A stretch of DNA of 64,000 bases, taken from an uncultured Cytophagales bacterium. GTDB lineage: Bacteria; Bacteroidota; Bacteroidia; Cytophagales; Bernardetiaceae. Below, piece after piece: positions 19,114-30,918 of the stretch. The notes beneath the pieces are model-generated. The model was not told where the DNA came from. It was given only the letters and a program-made list of their open reading frames with translations, and searched no databases. The DNA lies in contig CAVRCG010000004.1 of NCBI GenBank assembly GCA_963719525.1, positions 861,579-925,578 on the forward strand, in the 5' to 3' direction. A program made the translations under genes and the position numbers. The number at the start of each line of letters is the position of its first letter. Within the stretch, counting starts at the first letter, position 1.

Positions 19114-20946
19114 ATGAAAAACCTTTTTCCTTTTTTATTCTTCTTTCTTTTCATACTTCAGTTTTCAACTTTCTTCAGCAATTCTTCTTTTGCACAAGAT
19201 GAATATACAAAAGATGGAAAAAAGATAAGTGTTGAAAAATATCTTTCTATGTCTAAAGAAAGAGAACAACAAGGAGATTTTCGTGGTGCAAGTGATTTTT
19301 TGAATAAAGCTGCACTTGTAAAATGGGAAGAAAAAGACCTTCGCCCTGCTATTAATTATTTCCACCAGTCATTGATTTTCAACAAAAAAGTTGATAATCA
19401 GAGTGGAATGTATGGCATTTATAGTAATTTGGCTATGATTTATGCTGATTTATCAAAATATGATTCTTCGCTTTATTTCTTTCAAAAAACATTAAAAGGA
19501 AGACGAAAAAATTCTGAAAGCACAACTATTATTTCTTCTCTTATTAATGTTTCTGTTGTACTTAATAACTTGAAAAGATATGATGAGTCAGCTAAGTTTT
19601 TGGAAGAAGCCTTGAAGTTAGCACAAGAAATGAATGATGTTGAACAGATGAGAAGTTGTTATGGAATGCTTGCCGAAACGTATGAGAAAGCAGGGAATGG
19701 TAAAAAGAAACTCTATTATTTCAATCTTTACAAGACTTTTCATGAACTTATTCAACGAGAAAAAATTGCAAAAGTATCACAAGAATTAGATGGAGAAAAG
19801 CTAAAAGCCGAAGTATTAGCACTTCAAAAAAAGAAAGCAGATTTAGAACTAATAAATAAGAGTTTGGAGTTGCAACAGAAAAACGAAATTGTTGAGAGTC
19901 AGCAAGATAGTTTGGGAGAACTGACTAGCAGATACACAAAACAAGAACTTGCCATTCAGCTTATGGAAGAAAAGGCAAATGCAGAACGTGCTGAAACAAT
20001 GGTAAAGATTCAAGAGCAAAAAGCAATTACTAAAACTGCTATTTTGATAGCTTTTTTTGTCTTGGTGGTTAGTGGTCTTTTATTTTACTTTTATATCCGT
20101 ACACGAGAAAAAAATAAAGATTTGGCTCTTCAGCGCAATCAGTTGCAAGAACAAGCTATTTTATTAGAAGAACAACAAGAAGAATTAGAAACTCAAAAAT
20201 CACTTGTTGAAAATCAAAGAGATGAGTTAGAGGCGAGTAATGGGGTAAAAGACAAGTTATTTTCTATTATTTCGCACGACCTTCGAATACCTTTTACGTC
20301 TGTAAATGGTTATCTGACACTTATTCGTTATGGTGCGCTGGATTTGAAAGAAGTTACGACGCTGGCAGCAGAAGTAAAACTTTCAGTTGATCATCATTTG
20401 GAAACACTAAATAATGTTTTGGAATGGTCTAGGGCGCAGATGTCAGGCTTGCAACCTGTTCCTGAGAAAATTGATTTGAATAAAATTGCTCAAAATCAAC
20501 AAAAGTTTTTCAAATCGTTAGCAGAAAGTAAAGAAATAGAAATCGTAAATAAAGTAGATAAAGAAATAAAAGCCTTTGCAGACCCAAATCAAATAGACGT
20601 GATTTTGAGAAACTTAGTAGGAAATGCGCTCAAATTTACTCCTAAAGAAGGCAAAATTACAGTTTCATCATCCATTAAAAATGATTCTGTTATTGTTTCT
20701 GTAACTGATACAGGAATTGGAATGAGTAAAGAAAATGTAAACAAACTCTTTAAAAAAGACGAACATTTTACCACACAAGGAACAAATAATGAAGCAGGAA
20801 CAGGTCTAGGACTTCTTTTGTGTAGAGATTTTGTAGAAGCAAATGGAGGAAAGATAAATGTGGAAAGTGAGGAAGGCAAGGGAACAACTTTCAAATTTGA
20901 TTTGCCTTTAGCTGAACAGTTGCAGGAAGTGGGAGCTGGGATTTAG
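19114..20946 (+). CDS. sensor histidine kinase with periplasmic TPR repeats, one TM helix, a coiled coil, HisKA and HATPase_c domains
   Basis: Signal peptide; TPR-like repeats; TM helix AILIAFFVLVVSGLLFYFYI; H-box FSIISHDLRIPF; N, G1 and G2 boxes (LRNLVGNALKF, DTGIGM, GTGLGL). Confidence 0.85.
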   Translation: MKNLFPFLFFFLFILQFSTFFSNSSFAQDEYTKDGKKISVEKYLSMSKEREQQGDFRGASDFLNKAALVKWEEKDLRPAINYFHQSLIFNKKVDNQSGMYGIYSNLAMIYADLSKYDSSLYFFQKTLKGRRKNSESTTIISSLINVSVVLNNLKRYDESAKFLEEALKLAQEMNDVEQMRSCYGMLAETYEKAGNGKKKLYYFNLYKTFHELIQREKIAKVSQELDGEKLKAEVLALQKKKADLELINKSLELQQKNEIVESQQDSLGELTSRYTKQELAIQLMEEKANAERAETMVKIQEQKAITKTAILIAFFVLVVSGLLFYFYIRTREKNKDLALQRNQLQEQAILLEEQQEELETQKSLVENQRDELEASNGVKDKLFSIISHDLRIPFTSVNGYLTLIRYGALDLKEVTTLAAEVKLSVDHHLETLNNVLEWSRAQMSGLQPVPEKIDLNKIAQNQQKFFKSLAESKEIEIVNKVDKEIKAFADPNQIDVILRNLVGNALKFTPKEGKITVSSSIKNDSVIVSVTDTGIGMSKENVNKLFKKDEHFTTQGTNNEAGTGLGLLLCRDFVEANGGKINVESEEGKGTTFKFDLPLAEQLQEVGAGI

Positions 20947-21087
20947 GAAATGGAGAATGAAAATACAATTCTTCTTTTTGTTAGTAAAATACTATAAGAA
21001 AAATTCGTACTTTTGGCTTCTGATTTAGTGATTCATCAAAAACTAATCACTAATCACTAAAAATTAATCACTAATCACTAGAAAAAA

Positions 21088-21381
21088 ATGAAAGTAACCG
21101 TAGATAAAAAACTAATTGAAGATATTTCACACCTTTCTCGTTTGGAGTTTTCGGAAGAAGACAAAACTTCAATGGCTAATGATTTGAATGAAATCTTAGA
21201 CTGGGTAGAGCAGCTCAACGAAATTGATACAGAGAATACATTGCCACTTACACATATTTCAGAAGAAGTAAATGTGATGAGAAGCGACGAAATAAAAGAT
21301 GTTCTTTCGCACGAAAAAGCATTGAAAAACGCACCTAAAAAGGATTCAGATTATTTTAGAACGCCGAAAGTAATTGAGTAG
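21088..21381 (+). CDS. gatC: Asp-tRNA(Asn)/Glu-tRNA(Gln) amidotransferase subunit C
   Basis: 97 aa, with HLSRLEFSEEDKTSMANDLNEILDWVEQLNEIDTENT matching GatC. Confidence 0.85.
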   Translation: MKVTVDKKLIEDISHLSRLEFSEEDKTSMANDLNEILDWVEQLNEIDTENTLPLTHISEEVNVMRSDEIKDVLSHEKALKNAPKKDSDYFRTPKVIE

Positions 21382-21424
21382 GAATTGGGAAATAGGGAAT
21401 GGGAAATAGGGAATGAAAATGCAA

Positions 21425-22618
21425 CTACTCTACATCTTTGATTAATTCTACGAACATATTTATTCCTGCTTGTGTAATTTCATCTGGAAAATCATAATTG
21501 GAGTGATGAAGTTCTGGCGTATCTGTTCCTGCACCCAAACCAAACATTGCACCTTCAAAACGCTGGGTAAACTGTCCGAAATCTTCCGACCAACTAAACG
21601 GTTTTTGTTTATCTTGATATTCTAAATCTAACTTTTCGGCAGCTTTTTTTATTAATTCTACACTTTTTGGTGTGTTTGTAGTGGCTGCAAATTTTTCTGA
21701 ATAGCTGATTTTTAGTTTTAAATTATACGTTGCAGCTAATTCCTGTGCTTTTTGTTCTGTCTTTTGAGAAAGCAGTTTCAAATCTTCATCTAAATAACTC
21801 CTCAACGTAGCACAAATACGAGCCTTTGCAGGAGAAACTCCAAAAGCAATATCATTCAGACTTTTTCTTGATGTTTCTCCCAAAACGGCATCTACAACGG
21901 TTACTAAAACGAAATCTTTATTCTCTTTTTGTTCTATCACTTTTTCTGATAAAAAATACAGAAATTGAGTTAGTTCGCTTAATGCTAGAGCAGGATTATT
22001 TCCGTTTTGAGGTTCGGCTGCGTGTGATGTTCGTCCTTCAAACTCTATGATTATCCCTGTAGAAGCTGCTGCGAAGGTGGTTGACCTACAAACAATCAAA
22101 TTTTTCTGATAAGAAGGAATATTATGAAGCGCAAAAAAGTAATCAATTTTCAGATTTAGATTTTGCATTTTCTTGTCTTCCAACATTTGTAAAGCTCCTT
22201 CTCCTGTTTCTTCGGCAGGTTGAAAAAGTAGGATTATTCTCTTTCCTGTTTCTTCAGTATTTTCTTTACTTATTGTATCAAAATTCTCCTTCAAATACTC
22301 TGCAACTCCTAACAGAATTGTTATATGTCCATCGTGTCCACATTTGTGAGAAACTCCATTGTGTTCTGATTTGTATTCAAAAGTATTTGGTTCTGGAATA
22401 GGAAGTGCATCTAATTCGGCACGAAAAGCAATGGTTTTGTGTTTTCTTGTATCAAAATTTTTATCTTCCCAAATAGCTATAATTCCTGTATTTCCTATGT
22501 TTTGATGAATAGAAGTAGGATTACATTTTGTGAGAAAATTAGCTACAAATTTAGTTGTTTTGTACTCTTGGTTGGAGAGTTCGGCTATTTTATGCAGACT
22601 TTGGCGAGTTTTTGTCAT
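21425..22618 (-). CDS. M20 family amidohydrolase (N-acyl-amino-acid / hippurate hydrolase type)
   Basis: 397 aa with the metal-binding HKCGHDGH motif and an M20D dimerisation region. Confidence 0.8.
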   Translation of the reverse strand: MTKTRQSLHKIAELSNQEYKTTKFVANFLTKCNPTSIHQNIGNTGIIAIWEDKNFDTRKHKTIAFRAELDALPIPEPNTFEYKSEHNGVSHKCGHDGHITILLGVAEYLKENFDTISKENTEETGKRIILLFQPAEETGEGALQMLEDKKMQNLNLKIDYFFALHNIPSYQKNLIVCRSTTFAAASTGIIIEFEGRTSHAAEPQNGNNPALALSELTQFLYFLSEKVIEQKENKDFVLVTVVDAVLGETSRKSLNDIAFGVSPAKARICATLRSYLDEDLKLLSQKTEQKAQELAATYNLKLKISYSEKFAATTNTPKSVELIKKAAEKLDLEYQDKQKPFSWSEDFGQFTQRFEGAMFGLGAGTDTPELHHSNYDFPDEITQAGINMFVELIKDVE

Positions 22619-22759
22619 GTTGTTTTTAAATACGAATGAGAATGCGTTTCGAACACAGAATTACAGAGAACACAGAATTTAAAGAGGAAAAAGAGAATTG
22701 TAAGTATTTTATATTTGCCTCGCCTCCCGTCCCTAATCTCTCGCCCCTATTTCCCCCCA

Positions 22760-23227
22760 TTATTTCTTCCATCTCATCTCTAAATATTTATTTGTAAAAC
22801 CTAATTTTTCATAGAGTTTTTTAGCAGGATTATCTGGCTCTACGTGCAAGGCAATCGAACCTTTTACGTTCTCCATTGCTTCTTGCATTATTTTTTTACC
22901 AATTCCTTTTCCACGCTGCGAACCATCAACGGCAATATAAACCAAAATATTTTCTGGAATATAATCTTCCATTCCTGTTTCGTTGATGACAGTTGCACCA
23001 ACTATTTTTTCGTTTCCATTTTCGTCTTTTACTTCACTTTCTGTAGCATAAAAAATATATCCTCCTTTTCCTTTTTCTTTTGAAAGTGAATAGTCCATAG
23101 CTTTTTTGATGTCAGCTTTTGGGTCGCCGTACTGTTCTAAATGTTTGAAAAGAAATGTATTGATATTTTCTACTAATGAATTATCAAAAGTAGAAGTAGG
23201 AGTGAGTTTTTTTATGGAAATAGACAT
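22760..23227 (-). CDS. GNAT family N-acetyltransferase
   Basis: 155 aa with an acetyl-CoA-binding motif (QRGKGIGKKIMQEA). Confidence 0.75.
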   Translation of the reverse strand: MSISIKKLTPTSTFDNSLVENINTFLFKHLEQYGDPKADIKKAMDYSLSKEKGKGGYIFYATESEVKDENGNEKIVGATVINETGMEDYIPENILVYIAVDGSQRGKGIGKKIMQEAMENVKGSIALHVEPDNPAKKLYEKLGFTNKYLEMRWKK

Positions 23228-23477
23228 AGAGTAGGGTTTGGGTTAGTAAAAATATAAAGGTAGAGAAATAATAGCTTTTTTTCAAGTAAGATTTTATTAC
23301 TACTATTTTGATAGATTTTCTGAATAAAACAATCTACCAATTTCAATTTTTAGGAAAAATCAACATATAATCAACACCTTTATTCAAAATAATTGCTAAC
23401 ATTATCCGTATATTTGTTAATATAGTATTGACTAAATTTTACTTTAAATTATTCATTAAATTTTACCTAATTCTCTA

Positions 23478-26400
23478 ATGAAAAATAATTCTATTTCAAA
23501 ATATATCTACTGCAAAGAAATTCGATTTCTTTTGTTAGTTGGTTTCTTATCTATTTTAGGCTCAACTCAACTCTTTGCACAAACCTATTATTCTAGAGCT
23601 ACTGGAGATTGGAACAATCCTAACACGTGGAGTACAGTAGCTTGTGGAGGAACGGCTGCTGCAACTATTCCTACTACTACGAGTAATGTTATTATTTGTA
23701 CTGGAAATACTGTAACATTAAATATTGCAGCAACTTGTAATAATCTTACTGTAAATAATACAGGAACTTTGCAAATAACTAATTTTAACTTTACTGTCAA
23801 TCAAACCACTACTATCAATACAGGAGGAATGATTGATGATAATGATCAAGGAGGAAGTAACACATATGCTACTATTATCAATAATGGAACTTTTACTGCT
23901 AATCTTGCAGGAACACATACTACCTTTTTTGGAGGTAATATTACTAACGACGGTACATTTTCTCTATTAGGTTCAAGTCAATATGCTTTTACAAGTGATT
24001 TAATAATTACCAATAATGGAGGCAATATGCGATTTAGTTCAAACTCTGCGAGTGGAGGTTGTTCTATTAATGCTGGTACTACTGTTACGATTGCCAATGG
24101 AACTTCTACAGGTTTTGTGGCTCTTTATGCCAATGTAGTTAATCTTAATGGAGCAATTAATAATAACTATAGCAATGGGCGATTGCGATTAAGTAAGTTC
24201 AATGGAACAGGAACAGTTACCAATTCAGGCTATATTTATTATGAATCTACTAATACTCCTCCTACTGCAAATCTTGTTAATAATTCAGGTTCTACTTTTG
24301 ATTATGCCTATGATAGCCAAGTAAAATTAGTTACTTATAGTAATCTCGTGTTTTCTTATTCTAGCTCTTTCGCTAGTGGTTTGATAGGAGATATAACAGT
24401 AAACGGAAATTTATCTATTATACACCCTAATACTATATTGAATGCCAATACGCACAACATAGATATAAAAGGAAATTGGTCAAATACAGGTACTTTTAAT
24501 GGAGGCACAGGAACGGTAAGTTTTACAGGAACAACCAATCAAACCATAGATGGCAGTACCTCTTTCAACAATCTAATTGTTAATAATTCTAATAATGTAA
24601 CAATAAATAATAGCAATAATGCAGCTACTTCCAATTTGACACTTACAAATGGAAACGTGATATTAAATAACGCTTCTAATTTAGGTTTCAATACCATTAC
24701 TGGAGCTAACGCTACAAAATATATTGTTACTAACGGTACAGGGAGTTTGAGAAAAATAACTGCAGCTACAAATGTTGTTTTTCCTGTAGGAAACGCTTCT
24801 AATTATCAACCTTTGCGCTTATCTACTGCTGCTGCAAGTTCAGACGTTCGTTTTGGAACAGGACTCAATACTCCTGCTGGTGGAGTGGGTTCGTGGTTTG
24901 TAAACAATGGAACAACTGCTTCTAATCTAACAGTATTAAATCCACAAGGAGGAACTCTTTTACCCACCTCTAGAATTAGTGTAAATTCTTCTGGTTGGCT
25001 TCCACTAGCAACTACGTTTGCTTTCTCTGCTTACAGTACCACTTCGCCTTTTGCCTTTGCTACTACTCACGAGTTTTCTGTATTTAGTGTTCCTACCATT
25101 AATCTTTCTGTAAGTTCTAATGCAGGTTCGGAAGCAGCAGCTACTTCTATTACCGTAACAGCAACAGCTTCGACAGCAGTAGTGGGAAATCAAAGTGTAA
25201 ACTTAGCTATTACAGGAACAGGAATTACTACAGGAGATTATACATTGAGTAATGCTACAATTACTATTCTTGATGGACAGACTGTAGGAACAGTAACTTT
25301 TACAGTTGTAGATGATGCACTGGTAGAAGGAACAGAAACAGGCTATCTTGACTATCAATACACCTTCACAAGGAGTACTTTTAGGAACAACTACTACACA
25401 GAATGTCGTCATTACTGATAATGATTCTGAAGCAGAAATCAATCTTCAAGGAAACGCAAATAATATTAGTAGTGGAACTACTACTACAAGTGCAGTAAAT
25501 AATACAGATTTTGGAAATGTTTTGGCGTGTGGAGCAAATACAGTTTCTAAAACCTTTGTTATTCAAAATACTGGAACTTCTGTCTTAAATATTACAGGGA
25601 TTTCTATTGGAGGAACACATGCTACTGACTTTACATTAGGAACTGTTCCTACAACAGTCGCAGGAAATAGCAATCAAAGTTTTGTTATCACTTTTGATGC
25701 TTCTGTAGCTGGAAACAGAACTGCTACAGTAAGCATAAGTAGTAATGATACTGATGAAAATCCATACACTTTTGCTATCAATGGAAATGGAATTGATAGA
25801 GAAATTAATGTTTTAGGAAATTCGGTTTCTATTACAGATGGAGATACTTCGCCAGATGCGAGTGATAATACAAATTTTGGAAATACAGCTCTTCCTAAAA
25901 CTATGAGTTATACCATTCAAAATACAGGAACAGAGGTACTTACTATTTCTTCAATTACTTCAAGTAACACGGCTGATTTTACCATAACAGGAACAGTTCC
26001 TACTTCGGTAGCTGCTGGTGGAAATGCTACATTTGATGTTACCTTTACCCCTTCTACATTAGGTTTGAAAACAGCGACTATTACCGTAAATAACGATGAT
26101 TGTGATGAAGCAACTTTTGATTTTGCAGTACAAGCAACGGTAATAGTTGCTCCAACTCAACCCGTAGGAAATAGAGGACTTTATTTTGATGGCGTTGATG
26201 ATTATGTGAATATAGGAACATCTAGTAAGATTAATTTTTCAGGTAGTGATAATTTCACTATCGAAATGTGGATAAAAAGTAATGGTACTGGAGGAATGTT
26301 GTTTGACAAAGTCCCTCTTTTTCCTTCTCTTCCAAATACATTAGGAATATGGACACAAATTGATGCTAGTGGTATTCTTTCATTTCATTTAGGTAAAGAA

Positions 26401-29400
26401 GGAACAGGATGGGACTTCTTATCTACTACTGATCCTGTTCAAACTAATCGTTGGACACATGTAACATTTGAGAAGCAAGGTAGTACCTCTAGAATTTATA
26501 TAGATGGAATACTCAAAGCATCTAGAAATTTGCCAAATTCTTCTACTGCTATAGCTGATGCTTCTCCTGCAAATTTAGGTAGGTTTAGAAGAGAACCTGC
26601 TTTTAAGTATTTTGGTGGACAGATAGATGAATTTCGTTTATCAAACAATTCTAGATATGGAGGAGCTGCTTTTACTCCACAAGAGAGTTATACAGTTGAT
26701 CTAAATACTATTTTGTATTATCCAATGAATGAAGGTACAGGACAAACAGTTGCAGATGCTTCTGCTAATCCATTGATTGCTAGTTTGGGAGAAACTACAG
26801 CAGCAGAAACTCCTATAGACCCTCTTTGGGCATTGCGAGTGAAAAATGTAAATAATACTGGTTCAGAAAGTATTGTAGAAGTGATAACACAATCAAACGC
26901 ATTAGCTGGTAGAAATTATGTTGATTTTAGTATTGACAACACAACACCTACTGTTCGTACTATCGCTTTAACTGGTGCATTGAACGTAACTGAACAAGTT
27001 CTTATCAATGGATATTCAGCTTTTGGTAGTGATACAGAATTGCGTATAGACATAAATGGAAATACAAACAATATTTTCAATTTTAATTCTAATAATTCTA
27101 CTCTACAAGGACTGATTATGCGAGATGCTGGTTCAGCAGTCAATGTAAATGCTGCAAATAATGGCAATAAAATTTCTAGAAATAGCATTTTTAATAATAC
27201 TGTTGGTATTAATTTGAATAGTACAGGAAATGGAGGTAAAGTTGCTCCTGTAATCACATCTGCTACTATTAGTCTTATTTCAGGAACTTGTGCTACTTGT
27301 GTTGATGGAGAAGTGATAGAATTATTTAGAGATAATCTTACTACACCCACAGCAAACAAACAGGGAAAAGAGTATTTAGGTACAGCAACAGTTACCTCAA
27401 ATGCTTGGAGTATGGCAGCACCGTTTACCATGACACTTAGTTTGGGCGACTTCATAACTGCTACAGCTACCAATATTACTTCCAATAATACGTCTCCCTT
27501 TTTCGACGGCTTTTCCTATCGTAGATATTATCTTAGGGACAATTACACCTACTACCTACTGTACAGGTTCGACAATTACTATTCCTTTCACAACTGGAGG
27601 AGCATTTAATACTGGAAATACATTTACGGCTCAATTATCAGATGCAAGTGGTAATTTTGGAACACCTACAGCAACGCAAACAGGAACAAGTTCGATTGCT
27701 TTAGTCATTCCAAATACAGCACCAGCAGGAACAAATTATAGAGTGCGTGTGATTTCTTCAGATCCAGTTATAACTAGTAATTTGTCACCTGTACTTACTA
27801 TTAGTGTACTTCCTTTGGATAGAACAATTGTAGCAAATCCTGCTACTATCAATTCAGGAACAAGTAGTGTTATTGAAGTTCCCAATTCAGAAACAGGAGT
27901 TTCTTATCAATTACAAGATGTTACCAATGGAAATACAGATGTAGGAACAGCTTTAATAGGAGATGGAACAACGCTTTCTTTGCCCACTCAAACCCTTACA
28001 GCCACTAATGATTTCAGAGTAGTTGCTACCAGAACAGGTTGTTCAATTACTCTCAATACAGTAACTGTAATTACCTCTTCTGGTGATGTTCTGTTAGTAG
28101 AAACAGGAGTTAATTATCCAACTATTCAAGCTGCCGTAAATGATGCTGTAGCAGGAAATACAATCCGTCCTCTGACTGCTAGACCTTATCCTGAAAGCGT
28201 AGTAGTAGATAAAAACCTTACCTTTACTTCTCCTACTCAGCCTATTTTTGATGATTATAGAAGCATAAACATCAATGGTATAACTGTAAGTACAGGAATT
28301 AGCCTAGTTATTGATGGCAATATGAGCGTGAACAAAGTAGTAGAAATGGAAGGAACAGCACAAATGAGCGTTGTTGGAGGTAGAGATTTTGCCCTTCGTT
28401 CAACGATAACCGAAACGGCACTACTAATAAATGGTTCTACTACAAACACAATTGTTGGAAACGTAATTATGGAAAGATATATGCCAACTGTTTCTGATTT
28501 ATCAGGTGGCTATGATGCACAGGCGTATCATTTGTTCTCTTCTCCATTTTCTAATTCAACTATTTCACAGTTTGGAGATGATATGAGTTTGGTTTTGAAT
28601 ACAGCTTATAATACAGCACCAGAACCTGCTTTTGTACGTCCTTTCCCTACGTTTTTTCATTATGTAGAAACAAATGGTAGAGCAAACACAAGTGCATATT
28701 ACAATCCGTTTATTTCAAACTATAAAGTTCCTACAGGTACAGGTTTAGAAATTGCTAGAGGCTATCAAGCTAATATTGCCACAACAACAACGGTAGATTT
28801 GAATGGTACACTAAACAATGGTAATATTTCCATTGCAGTAACTAATTCTAGTGGAGATGCAGCCGATGGATATAATCTGGTTGGTAATCCATATCCTTCT
28901 CCAATTGATTGGGATTTGATTCATGCAGCTTCTTCAAATGTAGAAAGTGCGCTTTATTTGGAAATTCCGACAAGTCAGTACGACGGACGTTTTGCCGAAT
29001 ATGTAGCGGGAACAGGTGTTATAAACAATGGAGGTAAAAAAGAAATTGCCTCAATGCAAGGCTTTTTTGTCAGAACAACGGCTGGAGGAACGGTTAATAT
29101 GAATAATACAGTTCGTCTTGATGCAGATGCTCGTTTTTATAAAACTACCGAAACCGAAGACCTAAAAGAAGGCTTAGTAAGAGTAGCTTTACAGGGAAGT
29201 AATTCGTTAGACGAAACAACAGTTTATTTCCAAAACGGTGCAACTTCTAACTTTGATGGAAAGTATGATGCAGCCAAAATCCATAAGTTCAATAGTAAAT
29301 TATCTACTTTATATTCTTACAATGAAGATGCAGAAACAGCAGAATATTTTGCCATTAATGGTTTGGGAAGTTTTGATTCTGATCAGACTTTACCTTTAGC

Positions 29401-29866
29401 AATGAATATTCTGACAGAAGGCGAATATGAAATTACACTTCGTACAATGAAATATTTCCATTCTAAACACGAGCTTTATTTATATGATTCTTTGACAGAT
29501 TCGCTTCATAATTTGCGTGCAGAAGGCGATTATAAGTTTGCAGCTACAAAAGGCTACGAAGTAAAACGTTTCGTTCTTTTATTCAAAACAGATGCAAATC
29601 AAGACTTCTTTATAGATGAGAAAGTGGTAGTTTATCCAAATCCAACTCCAGATGAATTTTCATACAGTTTGAAGACAGATAGAGAAGGAGACTATACAAT
29701 TCGTCTTTTTGATGCAACTGGTAGAGTACTATTTGAAGAAAGCAAAACAAAAGAAGGTGCATTTTTAGAAGGAACATTAAGTTTAGAAAAACACGCTGCT
29801 GGACTTTATTTGCTGCAAGTATCTGATGCTCAAAAAACAGTTACAGTACGTGTTGTGAAAGAATAA
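23478..29866 (+). CDS. giant T9SS-secreted adhesin of about 2100 aa (Calx-beta, Ig-like repeats, T9SS type A C-terminal sorting domain), present as three ORF fragments joined by two single-base frameshifts
   Basis: The fragments are 23478-25418, 25348-27609 and 27743-29866. Junction 1 near 25345 splits a Calx-beta domain (VDDALVEGTETGYL | TINTPSQGVLLGTTTTQNVVITDNDSEAEI). Junction 2 is in a T-run near 27500, after which the +1 frame reads an Ig-like domain (TITPTTYCTGSTITIPFTTGG...). The C-terminus VVVYPNPTPDEFSYSL...LYLLQVSDAQKTVTVRVVKE is a type A (Por_Secre_tail) sorting domain. Confidence 0.75.
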
Positions 29867-29885
29867 GTGCGTATCCTACTTTTAT

Positions 29886-29961
29886 CCTCAACGACGGTGA
29901 AACCTCGTTGACGGTTAAAAAATAAAGCAAAATAACCGTATTGATTAAACTCAATACGGTT
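29886..29961. terminator. two consecutive palindromic hairpins (a REP-family member and AACCGTATTGA-TTAAAC-TCAATACGGTT) 3' of the adhesin gene
   Basis: CCTCAACGACGGTGAAACCTCGTTGACGGTT at 29886-29916 and a perfect 11 bp stem at 29934-29961. No clear T-tract follows, so these may be REP elements or a factor-independent terminator. Confidence 0.4.
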
Positions 29962-30008
29962 AATTTTTCAAAAAACAAAACACAATTTACTTATAAATCA
30001 ATCAAATT

Positions 30009-30227
30009 ATGTTCAAAAAAATTGTATTACTCCTTATCGGATTTTTTATTGTAGATTTTGCAATGGCACAAGGGGGAGGGTTTCCTGTTAATCCAAATGC
30101 TATCGGTGCGCCAATAGATGGAGGGCTTTCCCTTTTACTAGCAGCAGGAGCAACATATGGAGCTAAAAAGGTCTATGACTATAGAAACAAAGACAAGCAA
30201 AGTGAAGATGAACAAGAAATGAAGTAA
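30009..30227 (+). CDS. tiny secreted protein with an exosortase-type C-terminal sorting signal (PIDGG motif, TM helix, KK); candidate XrtF substrate
   Basis: 72 aa. The signal peptide MFKKIVLLLIGFFIVDFAMA is followed by QGGGFPVNPNAIGAPIDGGLSLLLAAGATYGAKK and an acidic tail. The layout parallels PEP-CTERM (motif, TM, basic cluster). It lies directly upstream of xrtF. Confidence 0.55.
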   Translation: MFKKIVLLLIGFFIVDFAMAQGGGFPVNPNAIGAPIDGGLSLLLAAGATYGAKKVYDYRNKDKQSEDEQEMK

Positions 30228-30374
30228 AATAAATCTTTTTTTGTCTTATCTATTTAGCAAAAATAGCTATTCAATTTATTTCAAACTTATAAAAAGAGTG
30301 AGAAATAGAATGTTGAATGGCTATTTTATTTTGTATATTTCAATTTTAAAAAACCAGACATTTCAAAAGTAAAT

Positions 30375-30893
30375 ATGAAAAATCCTGTTACATGTTTTGT
30401 TATTTTATTTGTAGCTATTTATGGAAGTTGGTATTTATTATATGAACTTTATTTAGCTAGAAATACGTCTATTGATAGAATTTTGATAGAAGTAGTAGGT
30501 AAAAGCAGTACAGAATTACTGACTTGGCTTGGCTTTGATGCTTCTTATCAAGTTTTGCCTCATACGGTTTCTCTTAACTCTTTAGTCTGCGTTTCGGTAG
30601 GTGCGCCTTGTAATGGTCTTGCCCTTTTTGCGCTTTTTGCGTCCTTTATTTTGGCTACACCTGTTTCAATAAAACCAAAATTAGTGTTTATTCCTTTAGG
30701 AATTATTGTAATTTTTTTATTGAACATAATTCGCATTTCAGCTCTTACTCTAAATGTTAAATATTATCCTGAAAGTGTAGAATTTAATCATCATTATTTA
30801 TTTACTTTCATTGTCTATGGGGTTACTTTTTGGATTTGGATGATTTGGGTAAACAAATTTATGATTCCTAGTTTAAAGAAACAACAAGACTGA
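30375..30893 (+). CDS. xrtF: exosortase family protein XrtF
   Basis: 172 aa multi-TM protein with the conserved exosortase Cys (VGAPCNGLALFALFASFIL) and Arg (NIIRISAL) motifs. The size is typical of the short Bacteroidetes-specific XrtF class. Confidence 0.75.
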   Translation: MKNPVTCFVILFVAIYGSWYLLYELYLARNTSIDRILIEVVGKSSTELLTWLGFDASYQVLPHTVSLNSLVCVSVGAPCNGLALFALFASFILATPVSIKPKLVFIPLGIIVIFLLNIIRISALTLNVKYYPESVEFNHHYLFTFIVYGVTFWIWMIWVNKFMIPSLKKQQD

Positions 30894-30918
30894 TTTTATA
30901 GTAAAACTTCTAACCATT

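Noticed and set aside
22718-22760. C-rich tract CCTCGCCTCCCGTCCCTAATCTCTCGCCCCTATTTCCCCCC
   Set aside because: Compositionally odd for this genome but short and unique in the window. It is noted but no function can be argued.
23390-23420. Candidate Bacteroidetes-type promoter (TTG ... TATATTTG) upstream of the adhesin gene
   Set aside because: The -7-like TATATTTG is present at 23409-23416, but the nearest upstream TTG is only about 13 nt away and the spacing does not fit the consensus, so it was not called.
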